A stretch of DNA of 64,000 nt from a virus (taxonomy: Duplodnaviria > Caudoviricetes), in the IMG/VR virus record IMGVR_UViG_3300009108_000480. One strand, written 5' to 3'. A program made the position numbers and the translations under genes. Shown here piece after piece: positions 37,358 to 46,469 of the stretch. Numbering within the stretch: the first letter of the stretch is position 1; each line of letters begins with the position of its first letter. The notes below the pieces were generated by a model. It did not search any database. It saw only the letters and a list, made by a program, of their open reading frames with translations, and was not told where the DNA came from.

Positions 37358-38664
37358 TCTAATACCTTTTTATTTTTACCTAATATTTTTTTAATATCTG
37401 TTCCTCTAATTCTATCTAAATATTCTAGATGTTTTTTTCCTTCTCTAAGACCTTCCCAATACAATTTTGTTGAATATTTTTCTTGATTGGTTGGGTGCGA
37501 TTTTAAATCTTTTAATCCTGCAAAAAAAGCCATATTAAAAACATTAGGCTTATCTGTAATTTTATTTTGCACTTCTGACACTATTTCTTCTAAAATATCT
37601 CTTGGCAAACACAAAGGACTTAACAAAAGATCATTAGTGAAACTAAAAACTTTTTTACACAATAATGGTACTTTTAATTCCTTACTTAATTTATACATAT
37701 TTTCTAAATCAAATAAACCCGGCAATGTAACAGTTAAATCTAATTGTAATTGCCGTGGATGCTTAACAAATTTTCTGGCATACTGCATATTTTTAAACCA
37801 TTGTTTATAATCTAATCCTGTTCTAATATATTCTCCAATTTCTCCTGTACCGTCTATTGATGCATTAATTTGCCAATCTTGAAAATGTATTAAACAATCA
37901 TCAAATAAATTTTTTCCATAAAAGTCTATTCTACTCATATTAGAATTATATCGTGCAAATACACTATTTGCATAACCTAACTCTACAACCCTCTGCATAG
38001 CTGTCCAATGTATCTTCCACATTAAAGGTTCACCACCACACCAATAAAATTCTTTAATTCTTTTTTCTTCTATTGCTTCTGTAAATTCTTTAACTACTTG
38101 TTGATCATGAAATTTTTGTAATCTTTCTTTAATATCTTTCCTTCCCCAAATTCTTTTGTTTTCATAATCTACTGTTCCGTGCTTTTTATTTTCTGCCTCC
38201 CACGTGCTTGATAACATATCACCACACATTCTACAACTAAAATTACATAAATTTGAAAATCTATAATCGAAACTAGTAACTTTCATTTGTGTATGCCCTG
38301 TTTCATCGGTTTTCTCAAATGCTTCATTTATTTGATTGGAATACATTCGATTAAAATGCTGTCTATATACGTTTGCATTTAAAAGTTTATAATTACAAGT
38401 TTCACACTGTGGTATTTCTTTTCCTGCCATTAAATCTTTTCTAACACCCTTCATATAATTAGAATTCCAATGTTCTTCAAGAGTAGGCAAATTTAATTTA
38501 ACACTACCGTCGGATTCTTGCTTATCAATATACTGCTTAAAGTTTGTAAATCCTTCCAAACTAGCACAACACAACCTTCTTTCCATTTGTGGTGACAAAT
38601 ACGTATGCACCCATGGTGCCATACAAAATGTTTTATTTCCTTCAGAAGGTTTATTTCTTTTCAT
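37339..38664 (-). CDS. N-terminal-twitch radical SAM (#6)
   Basis: FCMAPW..LCC..CETC, core CNFSCRMC, CGGEP. Start taken at MKRNK (38664). Confidence 0.9.
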   Translation of the reverse strand: MKRNKPSEGNKTFCMAPWVHTYLSPQMERRLCCASLEGFTNFKQYIDKQESDGSVKLNLPTLEEHWNSNYMKGVRKDLMAGKEIPQCETCNYKLLNANVYRQHFNRMYSNQINEAFEKTDETGHTQMKVTSFDYRFSNLCNFSCRMCGDMLSSTWEAENKKHGTVDYENKRIWGRKDIKERLQKFHDQQVVKEFTEAIEEKRIKEFYWCGGEPLMWKIHWTAMQRVVELGYANSVFARYNSNMSRIDFYGKNLFDDCLIHFQDWQINASIDGTGEIGEYIRTGLDYKQWFKNMQYARKFVKHPRQLQLDLTVTLPGLFDLENMYKLSKELKVPLLCKKVFSFTNDLLLSPLCLPRDILEEIVSEVQNKITDKPNVFNMAFFAGLKDLKSHPTNQEKYSTKLYWEGLREGKKHLEYLDRIRGTDIKKILGKNKKVLEWWTSI

Positions 38665-39943
38665 ACTTGTTAAATAACTCCTTCCATTCTGGAAATACAT
38701 CTAGTGTTTTTTCGTTCCTAATTTCATCATATTTTCGTGTTTGTGCAAAATGTAAATCCAAATGTTTTTGATTATCTGTTTTAAACATCCAATTTAATGC
38801 TGATTCAAACCCTTTAGTTGCCCTTGTTAATGGGTCTTTATCTTTTAACCATTTCATATGTGCATCATACTTTTCTTTTACTTGCTGTTTAAACTCAGGT
38901 GGAAGTAAATCTATTCTTTGCCAAGTAGGATGTTGTAATAAATTATAATTGAAATCTTGTGATTTAATTAATCCTTGTTCTACCCAACTTTTATGAAAAT
39001 CACAAACGTGTAAAGAATTAACTAAACCAACAGTAGAACTTATATAAAAATCTACTTTAGGACAAACTTCCATCATTCTTTTTCTATTAGCAACAATATC
39101 TTTCCATACAGTACCTTTACGCATTAATTCTCCACGTGGGCCTTCTGCATCTAAACTTGCACCAATTGAAACTGAATCAAATTTGTTCCATAGCTCAAAA
39201 ACATCTATGTCTTTAAATTTAGTTCTACTAAAATTAGTATTATAAATTAATCTTACGTGATACATTTTACGTTTATCTAATTCTTTTAATATTCTATAAT
39301 GTTCTTCCATAATAATTGGTTCACCTCCAGCAAAATAAAATTGTTCTGTGTGCTCAAATGATTCTAACATCTGTTCCCACAAATCGTTTGTATATCTACC
39401 AACTCTCATTATTTTTGCATGGGGAGGAGGACTACCTGTTAATTTTTTATGGTCTTCATACCAGTTAGAACTAAACCATGTACCACAACTTCTACAAGCC
39501 ATATTGCATAAGTTGGAAAAACGTATATCCCAATATTTCATTACAAAGTCAGCAGTACCGTCAGGTTGTGTTGAATCAACTAGTCCAATATTATGTCCAA
39601 AGTGCTTATTAGAACTTAAACGTAAACTAAAAAATCCTGATTTTTCTTGGTCATAACACTTTATACATTCACGTGATTTTTTATTATTCAACATTTTCAA
39701 ACGCATTTCTTTCATTTTATCATTATTAAAAACTTCTTTTAAACTTTGCTTGTTTAAATCACCTACTGGATAAGGATCAAAAGCAAAACAACAAGGATAT
39801 GCTCTACCATCTGGATATGCGTGAAGATGCATCCACGGTAACATACAAAATGATTCACTTTCTATTAACAACTCCTTTTGTTTAGGAGTCATATTTTTTA
39901 TTTTTAATTTCTCAGGCTCTTTTGCCCCGTACTCATATGCCAC
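38651..39943 (-). CDS. N-terminal-twitch radical SAM (#5)
   Basis: FCMLPW..PCC..CIKC, core CNMACRSC, AGGEP. Confidence 0.9.
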   Translation of the reverse strand: MAYEYGAKEPEKLKIKNMTPKQKELLIESESFCMLPWMHLHAYPDGRAYPCCFAFDPYPVGDLNKQSLKEVFNNDKMKEMRLKMLNNKKSRECIKCYDQEKSGFFSLRLSSNKHFGHNIGLVDSTQPDGTADFVMKYWDIRFSNLCNMACRSCGTWFSSNWYEDHKKLTGSPPPHAKIMRVGRYTNDLWEQMLESFEHTEQFYFAGGEPIIMEEHYRILKELDKRKMYHVRLIYNTNFSRTKFKDIDVFELWNKFDSVSIGASLDAEGPRGELMRKGTVWKDIVANRKRMMEVCPKVDFYISSTVGLVNSLHVCDFHKSWVEQGLIKSQDFNYNLLQHPTWQRIDLLPPEFKQQVKEKYDAHMKWLKDKDPLTRATKGFESALNWMFKTDNQKHLDLHFAQTRKYDEIRNEKTLDVFPEWKELFNKYEKK

Positions 39944-41279
39944 GGTACCATTCTCCTATAATTGGGAAAGTTTTTTCAAAATTCTTTCCTCTTCTTTTAT
40001 CATATTGTGTATAAAATGTTTTAAAATCTTTTCTTAACTTATCAACTGATGCAGAATCCTTATGTGGAGTCTTCACAACATCCAAATAATCCACTAATCT
40101 TTGGACCTGATTAATTTCCATTTCCTCTAATAGCGAGCCAAATTGCCGTAAAAATTTTTCTAAATTCTGTTTAAACATATTACGCAAGTCGTCGGGTAGA
40201 ACTAAAGCACTTTGAAAGCTAGGAAATCTTAAAATATTTAAAGTAAAATTAAAAGGTATTCCATAATGCTTACAAGCACTTTCTTTTTGTTTAACAATTG
40301 TTTCTAAAAACTGTGGCAACGATTCTAAACATAAAGCATTAATGGTACACATATTATGAATTTGTGATGGCACACGATCTTGCATCATGTTAACAACTTC
40401 AACAAACCATTGTGAATAATTTAAACCATCTCTAATATATTCTGCTTGTTCGTTTGTTGCCTCCATTGATGTATATAAATGAAAGTTGTCAAAGTGTTTA
40501 AGTTTGGCTTTGAACTTTTCTATCATTTCACTTTTTGCCCCTAAATTGGAGTTTATAGCCAAACGCATATTTGGGTTAATTTTATCCTTTTGTGTCTCAA
40601 ACCAATCTAATAATCGCCATAAATTTGGTGACATCATTGGTTCTCCACCTGTAATTCTTAATTCATCTAAACTTTTATGCAAATCTGTCTCCCACCATTT
40701 GTAAAATGCTTCTACATATGGATTTGCTTCATCTTTTTTATATGGTTCTGCAGAATCGTGTGCATGAGTAAAGTGATTACGCCCATCTGTTGTTAAATTT
40801 TTATATGGACCTTTATATTTGATGTCATTTGCCCACGTTGTACTAAATGCAGGATTACAATATGAACAAGCAAAGTTGCAAGTTCTATCAAATGCAATTT
40901 CTAAAGTTTTTAAATTATAATCTGTTTTATAATCTGTTCTAAATGCATCATCTAATGCCATATCAGAATAAATTTTTGATTTATATACTCTATCTGATAT
41001 TGCATCTCGTCCTATGTCTTCAATTTTCCAACAATATTCACATCCTGCAGGTCGTTCTCCAACTTGCATTTGTCTTCGTTGTTCTTTTTTCTGTTTTGTA
41101 TTGTGTATTGCAGAAGGATTTGTTTTTATTTCTTCCAGATTAATTGCGTGTGGCAATGGATGGTGACAAGATGTTGTTTGTCCTGATCCTAACCATATAG
41201 TCGCATTGTACCATTTAGCCGCACAAAATGATGCTGACTTTGTATCTAGTTTTTCTTTTTTAAATTTAAGGTCTTCCAT
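39933..41279 (-). CDS. N-terminal-twitch radical SAM (#4)
   Basis: FCAAKW..SCHHP..CEYC, core CNFACSYC, TGGEP. Confidence 0.9.
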   Translation of the reverse strand: MEDLKFKKEKLDTKSASFCAAKWYNATIWLGSGQTTSCHHPLPHAINLEEIKTNPSAIHNTKQKKEQRRQMQVGERPAGCEYCWKIEDIGRDAISDRVYKSKIYSDMALDDAFRTDYKTDYNLKTLEIAFDRTCNFACSYCNPAFSTTWANDIKYKGPYKNLTTDGRNHFTHAHDSAEPYKKDEANPYVEAFYKWWETDLHKSLDELRITGGEPMMSPNLWRLLDWFETQKDKINPNMRLAINSNLGAKSEMIEKFKAKLKHFDNFHLYTSMEATNEQAEYIRDGLNYSQWFVEVVNMMQDRVPSQIHNMCTINALCLESLPQFLETIVKQKESACKHYGIPFNFTLNILRFPSFQSALVLPDDLRNMFKQNLEKFLRQFGSLLEEMEINQVQRLVDYLDVVKTPHKDSASVDKLRKDFKTFYTQYDKRRGKNFEKTFPIIGEWYRGI

Positions 41280-42001
41280 TCTTTTAATTTCCTATATTCC
41301 TCTTCTGGTGGTTCTATGTCACTTTTAAAAATAATATCTTTAACCCATTTATAATGTGTAAATGGTAACGGATGTAGATCACTTTTTTCTGCAAATTGTT
41401 CAGGATATAATTCATAAGCAAAGTCATCTAATCCACCAAAGTCTTTATAAAATATAAACTTACTCCAATCAATTTTATTGTATAATGCCCTTTGTCCATT
41501 TGACATTTTATCTTTGTCGTGCATAATAATATGTCCTCGATAACACATCATTTTATATTCAATATTATGCTTTTCTAAATACATTTGTGTAAACAAAATC
41601 CTTTCAAGCATACGTACATCATTTTGCCTTTCGTTTTGAAACCAACGTACATAATATTCATGTTTGTCTTTAAAATAATGACCACCATAAAAAACATTCC
41701 AATTAAAGTCTGGATCCCAACGAGAATATGTAACAGTTTCATCTTTTTTCAAATCTTGGTCAATCTTATCGTGTACAATTTCATATCTATTTGTTCCTGA
41801 CCACATAATATAAACTTTCTCTGTACTACTCTTCCATTTATTAATAGCATTATAAACTGATCTCATTATAATTTCGTTAGAGTTACCTGCCGCTCCTAAA
41901 TTTTTTAAATCATACCCATTTTCAAACCATGATAAAAAGTTTGGCCAACATGGCCATTTATATTTTGTATAACTACAACCTGTTGTTATTATTTTTTTCA
42001 T
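41246..42001 (-). CDS. SGNH-like protein
   Basis: TTGCSYT, NLGAAGNSN, 'DLHP'. Confidence 0.65.
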   Translation of the reverse strand: MKKIITTGCSYTKYKWPCWPNFLSWFENGYDLKNLGAAGNSNEIIMRSVYNAINKWKSSTEKVYIMWSGTNRYEIVHDKIDQDLKKDETVTYSRWDPDFNWNVFYGGHYFKDKHEYYVRWFQNERQNDVRMLERILFTQMYLEKHNIEYKMMCYRGHIIMHDKDKMSNGQRALYNKIDWSKFIFYKDFGGLDDFAYELYPEQFAEKSDLHPLPFTHYKWVKDIIFKSDIEPPEEEYRKLKEWKTLNLKKKN

Positions 42002-43368
42002 AAGTTTTTACACTCCGTCCAAAATTCCGCCATTTCTGGAAACGTATTTTCAAAATGCGTTCCACGTCTGCGATCATGTTCGTTAAAAAATGCGTAAAAG
42101 TTCTTTTTATTTTGCGTATTATCGTTTTTATTATTGCGCCAATAAGCTAAATTGCGTAACATTTTTTGAATTTCAAAATCTTTGAATCCTCCAAACCCTT
42201 CATCTTCGCCAGAAAATTCTCTCATATATTCTATATTCGCTTTGTGTATCTCTTGATACGATTCTGGCAATAAAGTTATCTGTTGCCATGCTGGTTGTCT
42301 TAATAATGGTATGTCAAACCATACTCTTTGATACGTTTTTGAATGCTTTTCTCTTAACAAACGTATATCTCTTAATAAATCATTTAAACTAGTAACACTT
42401 AAATTATTATAGGTAATAATAAACGTTATAGAATTACGCACTGGTATACGTTCCAAAAATTCATCCACATTATCCAACATACGATTAAAATCTAATCCAT
42501 AACGTATGTATTCTGCTTTTTTGCCATATGCATCTACTGATACGAATTGCATCATATGTTCTACTGCTTCATTTAAACATATTCTTTTAACCATATCAAA
42601 ATACTTGTTTTTTAATTTTTCATCTGGTGGACAGAAATTTGACGTTACGTTTAAATGTAAATCGGGTTTAGGGTGATATGTAATGTATTCAAGTACTTCA
42701 TATGTATTTTTATCCATTAAAGGTTCACCCCCTGTCATTCTGAAATGTTTTAAATTTTTATATAACGTAGGCCACCATCTCCAAAATGCATCAACATATG
42801 GATTATGTTCTCTATGAGGAATAGGTCTACGTCTGCCAGTAAAATGTTCTGGAGCGTTGTGGGGAGGAGACGTTGGATATTGGCCATATACAGCAATCTC
42901 CTGTCCCCACGTGGTCGAGAATTGAGGTGAACAATAAGAACACTTGAGGTTACAAGCATTATTAAAATTAACTTCTACGTATCTCGGCGTCCATCCTGAG
43001 TCAATTGGTTTATTTTTAATCGACTCAAAATCTTGTATAGCCCATGGTTCACCTGAACGATACTGTCTATCTGACATTTGTCCAGTATCTTCTATATTCC
43101 AGCAATAAGAACATCCTTCAGGACGTTCACCATTGAGCATTTGTTGTCTTTGTTTTAATTTCTCCGGTGTATTATGTAATTCAGCAGGGTTACTATCTAA
43201 ATTTGTAGAATCTATTTGGTGCAAAGGTGGATGATAACAGCTATTTGTTAATCCTGTAGGCAGATGTAATGAAACTTGATTCCATTTAGCCAAACACATA
43301 GTAGGAGAAATTGTTTCTAATTTCTTTGCGGCAACTAGAGCATCTGATTTATAATCACTTTGTTTCAC
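41998..43368 (-). CDS. N-terminal-twitch radical SAM (#3)
   Basis: MCLAKW..SCYHP..CSYC, core CNLKCSYC, TGGEP. GTG start at 43368 with SD AAGGAG. Confidence 0.9.
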   Translation of the reverse strand: MKQSDYKSDALVAAKKLETISPTMCLAKWNQVSLHLPTGLTNSCYHPPLHQIDSTNLDSNPAELHNTPEKLKQRQQMLNGERPEGCSYCWNIEDTGQMSDRQYRSGEPWAIQDFESIKNKPIDSGWTPRYVEVNFNNACNLKCSYCSPQFSTTWGQEIAVYGQYPTSPPHNAPEHFTGRRRPIPHREHNPYVDAFWRWWPTLYKNLKHFRMTGGEPLMDKNTYEVLEYITYHPKPDLHLNVTSNFCPPDEKLKNKYFDMVKRICLNEAVEHMMQFVSVDAYGKKAEYIRYGLDFNRMLDNVDEFLERIPVRNSITFIITYNNLSVTSLNDLLRDIRLLREKHSKTYQRVWFDIPLLRQPAWQQITLLPESYQEIHKANIEYMREFSGEDEGFGGFKDFEIQKMLRNLAYWRNNKNDNTQNKKNFYAFFNEHDRRRGTHFENTFPEMAEFWTECKNL

Positions 43369-44248
43369 GATCTTGTACTCCTTTATTAATATGTTGTGGC
43401 ATACAGAATTTAAACAATTTACTTTCGTCGGCATCATAGTCTGCTACTGGCAAATCCAATCTTCGTCTTACTGATTCTCCATATGCTTGTAAATCCGTTC
43501 CAATATCTTCAACAGTTTTAGTAAATACACTGGCCATTTGTTCCATATCTCTTACTTCAAGAATATTTGCTCCTCTAACAGTTGTTGCATAACAACCCAT
43601 TCTTGCACCTAACATAGCAAATCGACCATATTCCATATCAGCACCTACACTCATCCATGTTATTAACACCCGCAAGTTCGAAGGCTGAATTAATTTTTTA
43701 AAATGCATTGGTGCAACAGGTAATCCTTGTTCTAAACTCATTTTAGTACCTTCTCGATATCCTGCAATAAAAGCCTGTTGTGGATCTACATTTATAATTG
43801 TTGTTGAATAACAATTATGCAAATTTTCATGAGGTACTGTCCAACAAAAATCAATTTGTGCTTTTTCACTATCTGCATTTTCATGAGTTTTCATTTGTAA
43901 ACACGTTTCTTTATCCCAACCTACTAACCCACCATTGCCATATACTAAACCATTTACATTATTTTTTGCTCTCCAACGATGTACAGCTTTTGGATTTGTT
44001 TTTGTCCAATCTAATGATTCTAATAAAAATGCTTCATCTATAATATTATCACCATCAACTGATATGAAAAAATCTGTTTCTGCTTTTTCTGCCGCGGCTT
44101 TGTGTGCATTGTCAAATCCTACAACACCATCTATTCTTTTTGCCCAAGGTACTTTGCTTAATAAGTCTGCCCAATTTTCTTCCTTATTGGGTTCCTTATA
44201 GCTGATATAAACAAAGTCTAAATCTGATATTCTTATTCTATCCGCCAT
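43355..44248 (-). CDS. GT-A fold glycosyltransferase
   Basis: 'ISYKEP', 'AHKAAA', DxD motif VDGDN. Confidence 0.7.
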   Translation of the reverse strand: MADRIRISDLDFVYISYKEPNKEENWADLLSKVPWAKRIDGVVGFDNAHKAAAEKAETDFFISVDGDNIIDEAFLLESLDWTKTNPKAVHRWRAKNNVNGLVYGNGGLVGWDKETCLQMKTHENADSEKAQIDFCWTVPHENLHNCYSTTIINVDPQQAFIAGYREGTKMSLEQGLPVAPMHFKKLIQPSNLRVLITWMSVGADMEYGRFAMLGARMGCYATTVRGANILEVRDMEQMASVFTKTVEDIGTDLQAYGESVRRRLDLPVADYDADESKLFKFCMPQHINKGVQDRETK

Positions 44249-44529
44249 TCAAATCCTTCTCTATTATGTCCTATTACCCAATATGGATCCCCATTATAAA
44301 AATGATAACCTACCTCTGCTAAATGTAGTGTTGGTTGTAATTGTTCTGCAGGAATACGCTTTTTTCTTGTAATTTTTTTGTCTTTATATTCAAAGTTTTC
44401 TATTCCTGCATTAATAACTTGTAAATATTGTTCTAAAGTCACTTCTATTTTTTCTTTATTAAAAGTAAGATAATGTTTTTTAGGTGGAGTAGGCTTAAAC
44501 TCTTCTAATGCTTTCCAAAAATTAGTCAT
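44233..44529 (-). CDS. Hypothetical protein
   Basis: Coupled in operon. Confidence 0.7.
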   Translation of the reverse strand: MTNFWKALEEFKPTPPKKHYLTFNKEKIEVTLEQYLQVINAGIENFEYKDKKITRKKRIPAEQLQPTLHLAEVGYHFYNGDPYWVIGHNREGFEWRIE

Positions 44530-45334
44530 AAAATTCCTTTATTAATTTTTTATTATGATAATGAAATATTCTTGATTGTTTATAACCACCTGAATATATG
44601 TATTCTCCAACTAAAGGATGACCTACCATCATTGTATATAGATATTGATCATTAATATATGCACGACTTAATCCATTTACTCCACTTTTATTATGCATAA
44701 AATTAAACCATTCAAATTTGATTTGTTTTTCACACAATGGATCTTGAATTTTTAGTGCAAGAGCATAAACAACATCTGTTGTTGAGTGTTTATCATGACA
44801 ATTTATTAAAAATGTATCTCTAACTGTATTCCAATTTAACATAATATCTTTACAAATATTATAAAATGATTGTGCTTGTTTACTTTTTCTAAAATAAGTT
44901 AATCCATTGTATACATCTGGCAAATTATTTGTTTTAAAAAGTTTTCTATAAGGTGTATTAGTAATAATTGTATCTCTATAACATCTAACATGATACGAAA
45001 ACACCATATTATGCTGATGCAAATAATTCCACCACCAGTCTGTATTTGATGTGAACAACATATCTGCTTCTAATTTAATTGTATGTTTAAAAGGTGTTAA
45101 ATTAAAAATTTGCCACTCATTATTCATCTTCCATTCTTGATCTTTACTATAATCATTTTTTAATACAATAACTTTATCAATTTCTTCTTTATGTTCTACA
45201 GGTTTATCAGTAATAACACATACTTGATTATGCTTGTTATGTTTTTTAATAGAACTTGCAAGTTTTTTGCTTAATTCTACATAGTCAGTTGTAGAATTGT
45301 TCAATGCAAACCAAACATATCCTCTATCAGACAT
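44522..45334 (-). CDS. GT-A (GT8-like) glycosyltransferase
   Basis: 'TPFKHTIKLEADM', 'YNGLTYF', 'TDVVYA', 'FHYHNK'. Confidence 0.65.
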   Translation of the reverse strand: MSDRGYVWFALNNSTTDYVELSKKLASSIKKHNKHNQVCVITDKPVEHKEEIDKVIVLKNDYSKDQEWKMNNEWQIFNLTPFKHTIKLEADMLFTSNTDWWWNYLHQHNMVFSYHVRCYRDTIITNTPYRKLFKTNNLPDVYNGLTYFRKSKQAQSFYNICKDIMLNWNTVRDTFLINCHDKHSTTDVVYALALKIQDPLCEKQIKFEWFNFMHNKSGVNGLSRAYINDQYLYTMMVGHPLVGEYIYSGGYKQSRIFHYHNKKLIKEFYD

Positions 45335-46091
45335 TTACAAACTCCTTATCCATTACATGAACATCTTGTAATTCTGTTATACCAACTTTTTTGCCATATT
45401 TAAATGTGACTCCTGTATCTGACATATCTAACACATCAACTTCGTGTGCTAACATTGCCATTGGAGTAGGAATAAAGTTTTTATGAGAAATCATTCCATT
45501 AAGTTGATGTAGTGCAATTGCAAATGCAAAATCATTTCTATAATTTCTATATTTGATCCGATATAAATTTCTATAATGCTCATAACGTTTTTGTATTAAC
45601 TGAATTAAATCAAACATCTGCTTTGCAAAAGTTGATTTACGAAATATTGTTACTGTTGCCCAAACTATTGGTACAGTTGATTCATTTTTTCCTTCAATCA
45701 TATCTTCACCAGTTAAATCGTGTACTTTATTATGAAGTAAAAAATCATAATCTGTGTTTGTGTATGTTAAAAGATTATCTGTAAACACAAAATAATCACA
45801 ATCCATAAGAATAGTAGTATCATAAGGTGAATGTTCGTATGCTAAACTTCTTTCTAAATTATGCCAAGCAATATTTTTTCCACGATAACTTCGTCTATTA
45901 CCGACTGCATTGTCTACTAGTTTATAATTTATAAACCCTAACGGTTTGAATTGTTTATAAGTTTCAATATTAGTGACTACTGTTATTTCTAATTTTAAAT
46001 GTTTTTGTATTTGTGCGATACATCGTTCTGCTAACAAATGATAGTTAACTTCCGGTGTATTGAAACAGTACATTAATACACCTGTAGTCAT
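45327..46091 (-). CDS. GT-A (GT8-like) glycosyltransferase, paralog of neighbour
   Basis: 'SPYDTTILMDCDY', 'WATVTIF', 'RNDFAFAIA', 'HVMDK'. Confidence 0.7.
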   Translation of the reverse strand: MTTGVLMYCFNTPEVNYHLLAERCIAQIQKHLKLEITVVTNIETYKQFKPLGFINYKLVDNAVGNRRSYRGKNIAWHNLERSLAYEHSPYDTTILMDCDYFVFTDNLLTYTNTDYDFLLHNKVHDLTGEDMIEGKNESTVPIVWATVTIFRKSTFAKQMFDLIQLIQKRYEHYRNLYRIKYRNYRNDFAFAIALHQLNGMISHKNFIPTPMAMLAHEVDVLDMSDTGVTFKYGKKVGITELQDVHVMDKEFVNV

Positions 46092-46408
46092 TTGAGCCTT
46101 TTGTTTTTCAGATCCTCGTGTAATTGATGATAGGTATTAAGTGTTTCTTGATTTCTTTCAATTAATATTCTCAAAAATTCATCTGGATCTGTTATGTGAC
46201 AAGGATTATCGTTAGTGTCCAACATATAAAAATCTTTAGAATGTGCTTTAAATGTTTGAACTACATTTATGGTTTCAGCATTGGCTTGAAAAAGCCTGCC
46301 ATTATATGCCACAATCTGCCTGCTCCGCATTTTTTCCAGAGCATTCTTTTTAATTTGTGCTAGATCATGTGCTAGATCAGAATAGTCTTTAAGGGTGCCA
46401 ATATCCAT
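46088..46408 (-). CDS. Hypothetical protein, first gene of the tailoring cluster
   Basis: Directly after a sigma70 promoter. Confidence 0.75.
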   Translation of the reverse strand: MDIGTLKDYSDLAHDLAQIKKNALEKMRSRQIVAYNGRLFQANAETINVVQTFKAHSKDFYMLDTNDNPCHITDPDEFLRILIERNQETLNTYHQLHEDLKNKRLK

Positions 46409-46443
46409 AACTGTATTATACAGTTAATTATTAACATAGTCAA
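46408..46443 (-). promoter_or_regulatory. sigma70 promoter with a palindrome over the -10 box
   Basis: Minus strand TTGACT(46443-46438)-17 nt-TATAAT(46420-46415)-6 nt-ATG. 8-bp inverted repeat TAACTGTA-nnn-TACAGTTA at 46408-46426. Confidence 0.8.
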
Positions 46444-46469
46444 TATGGTAAAATGTTTTTGATTAATTA

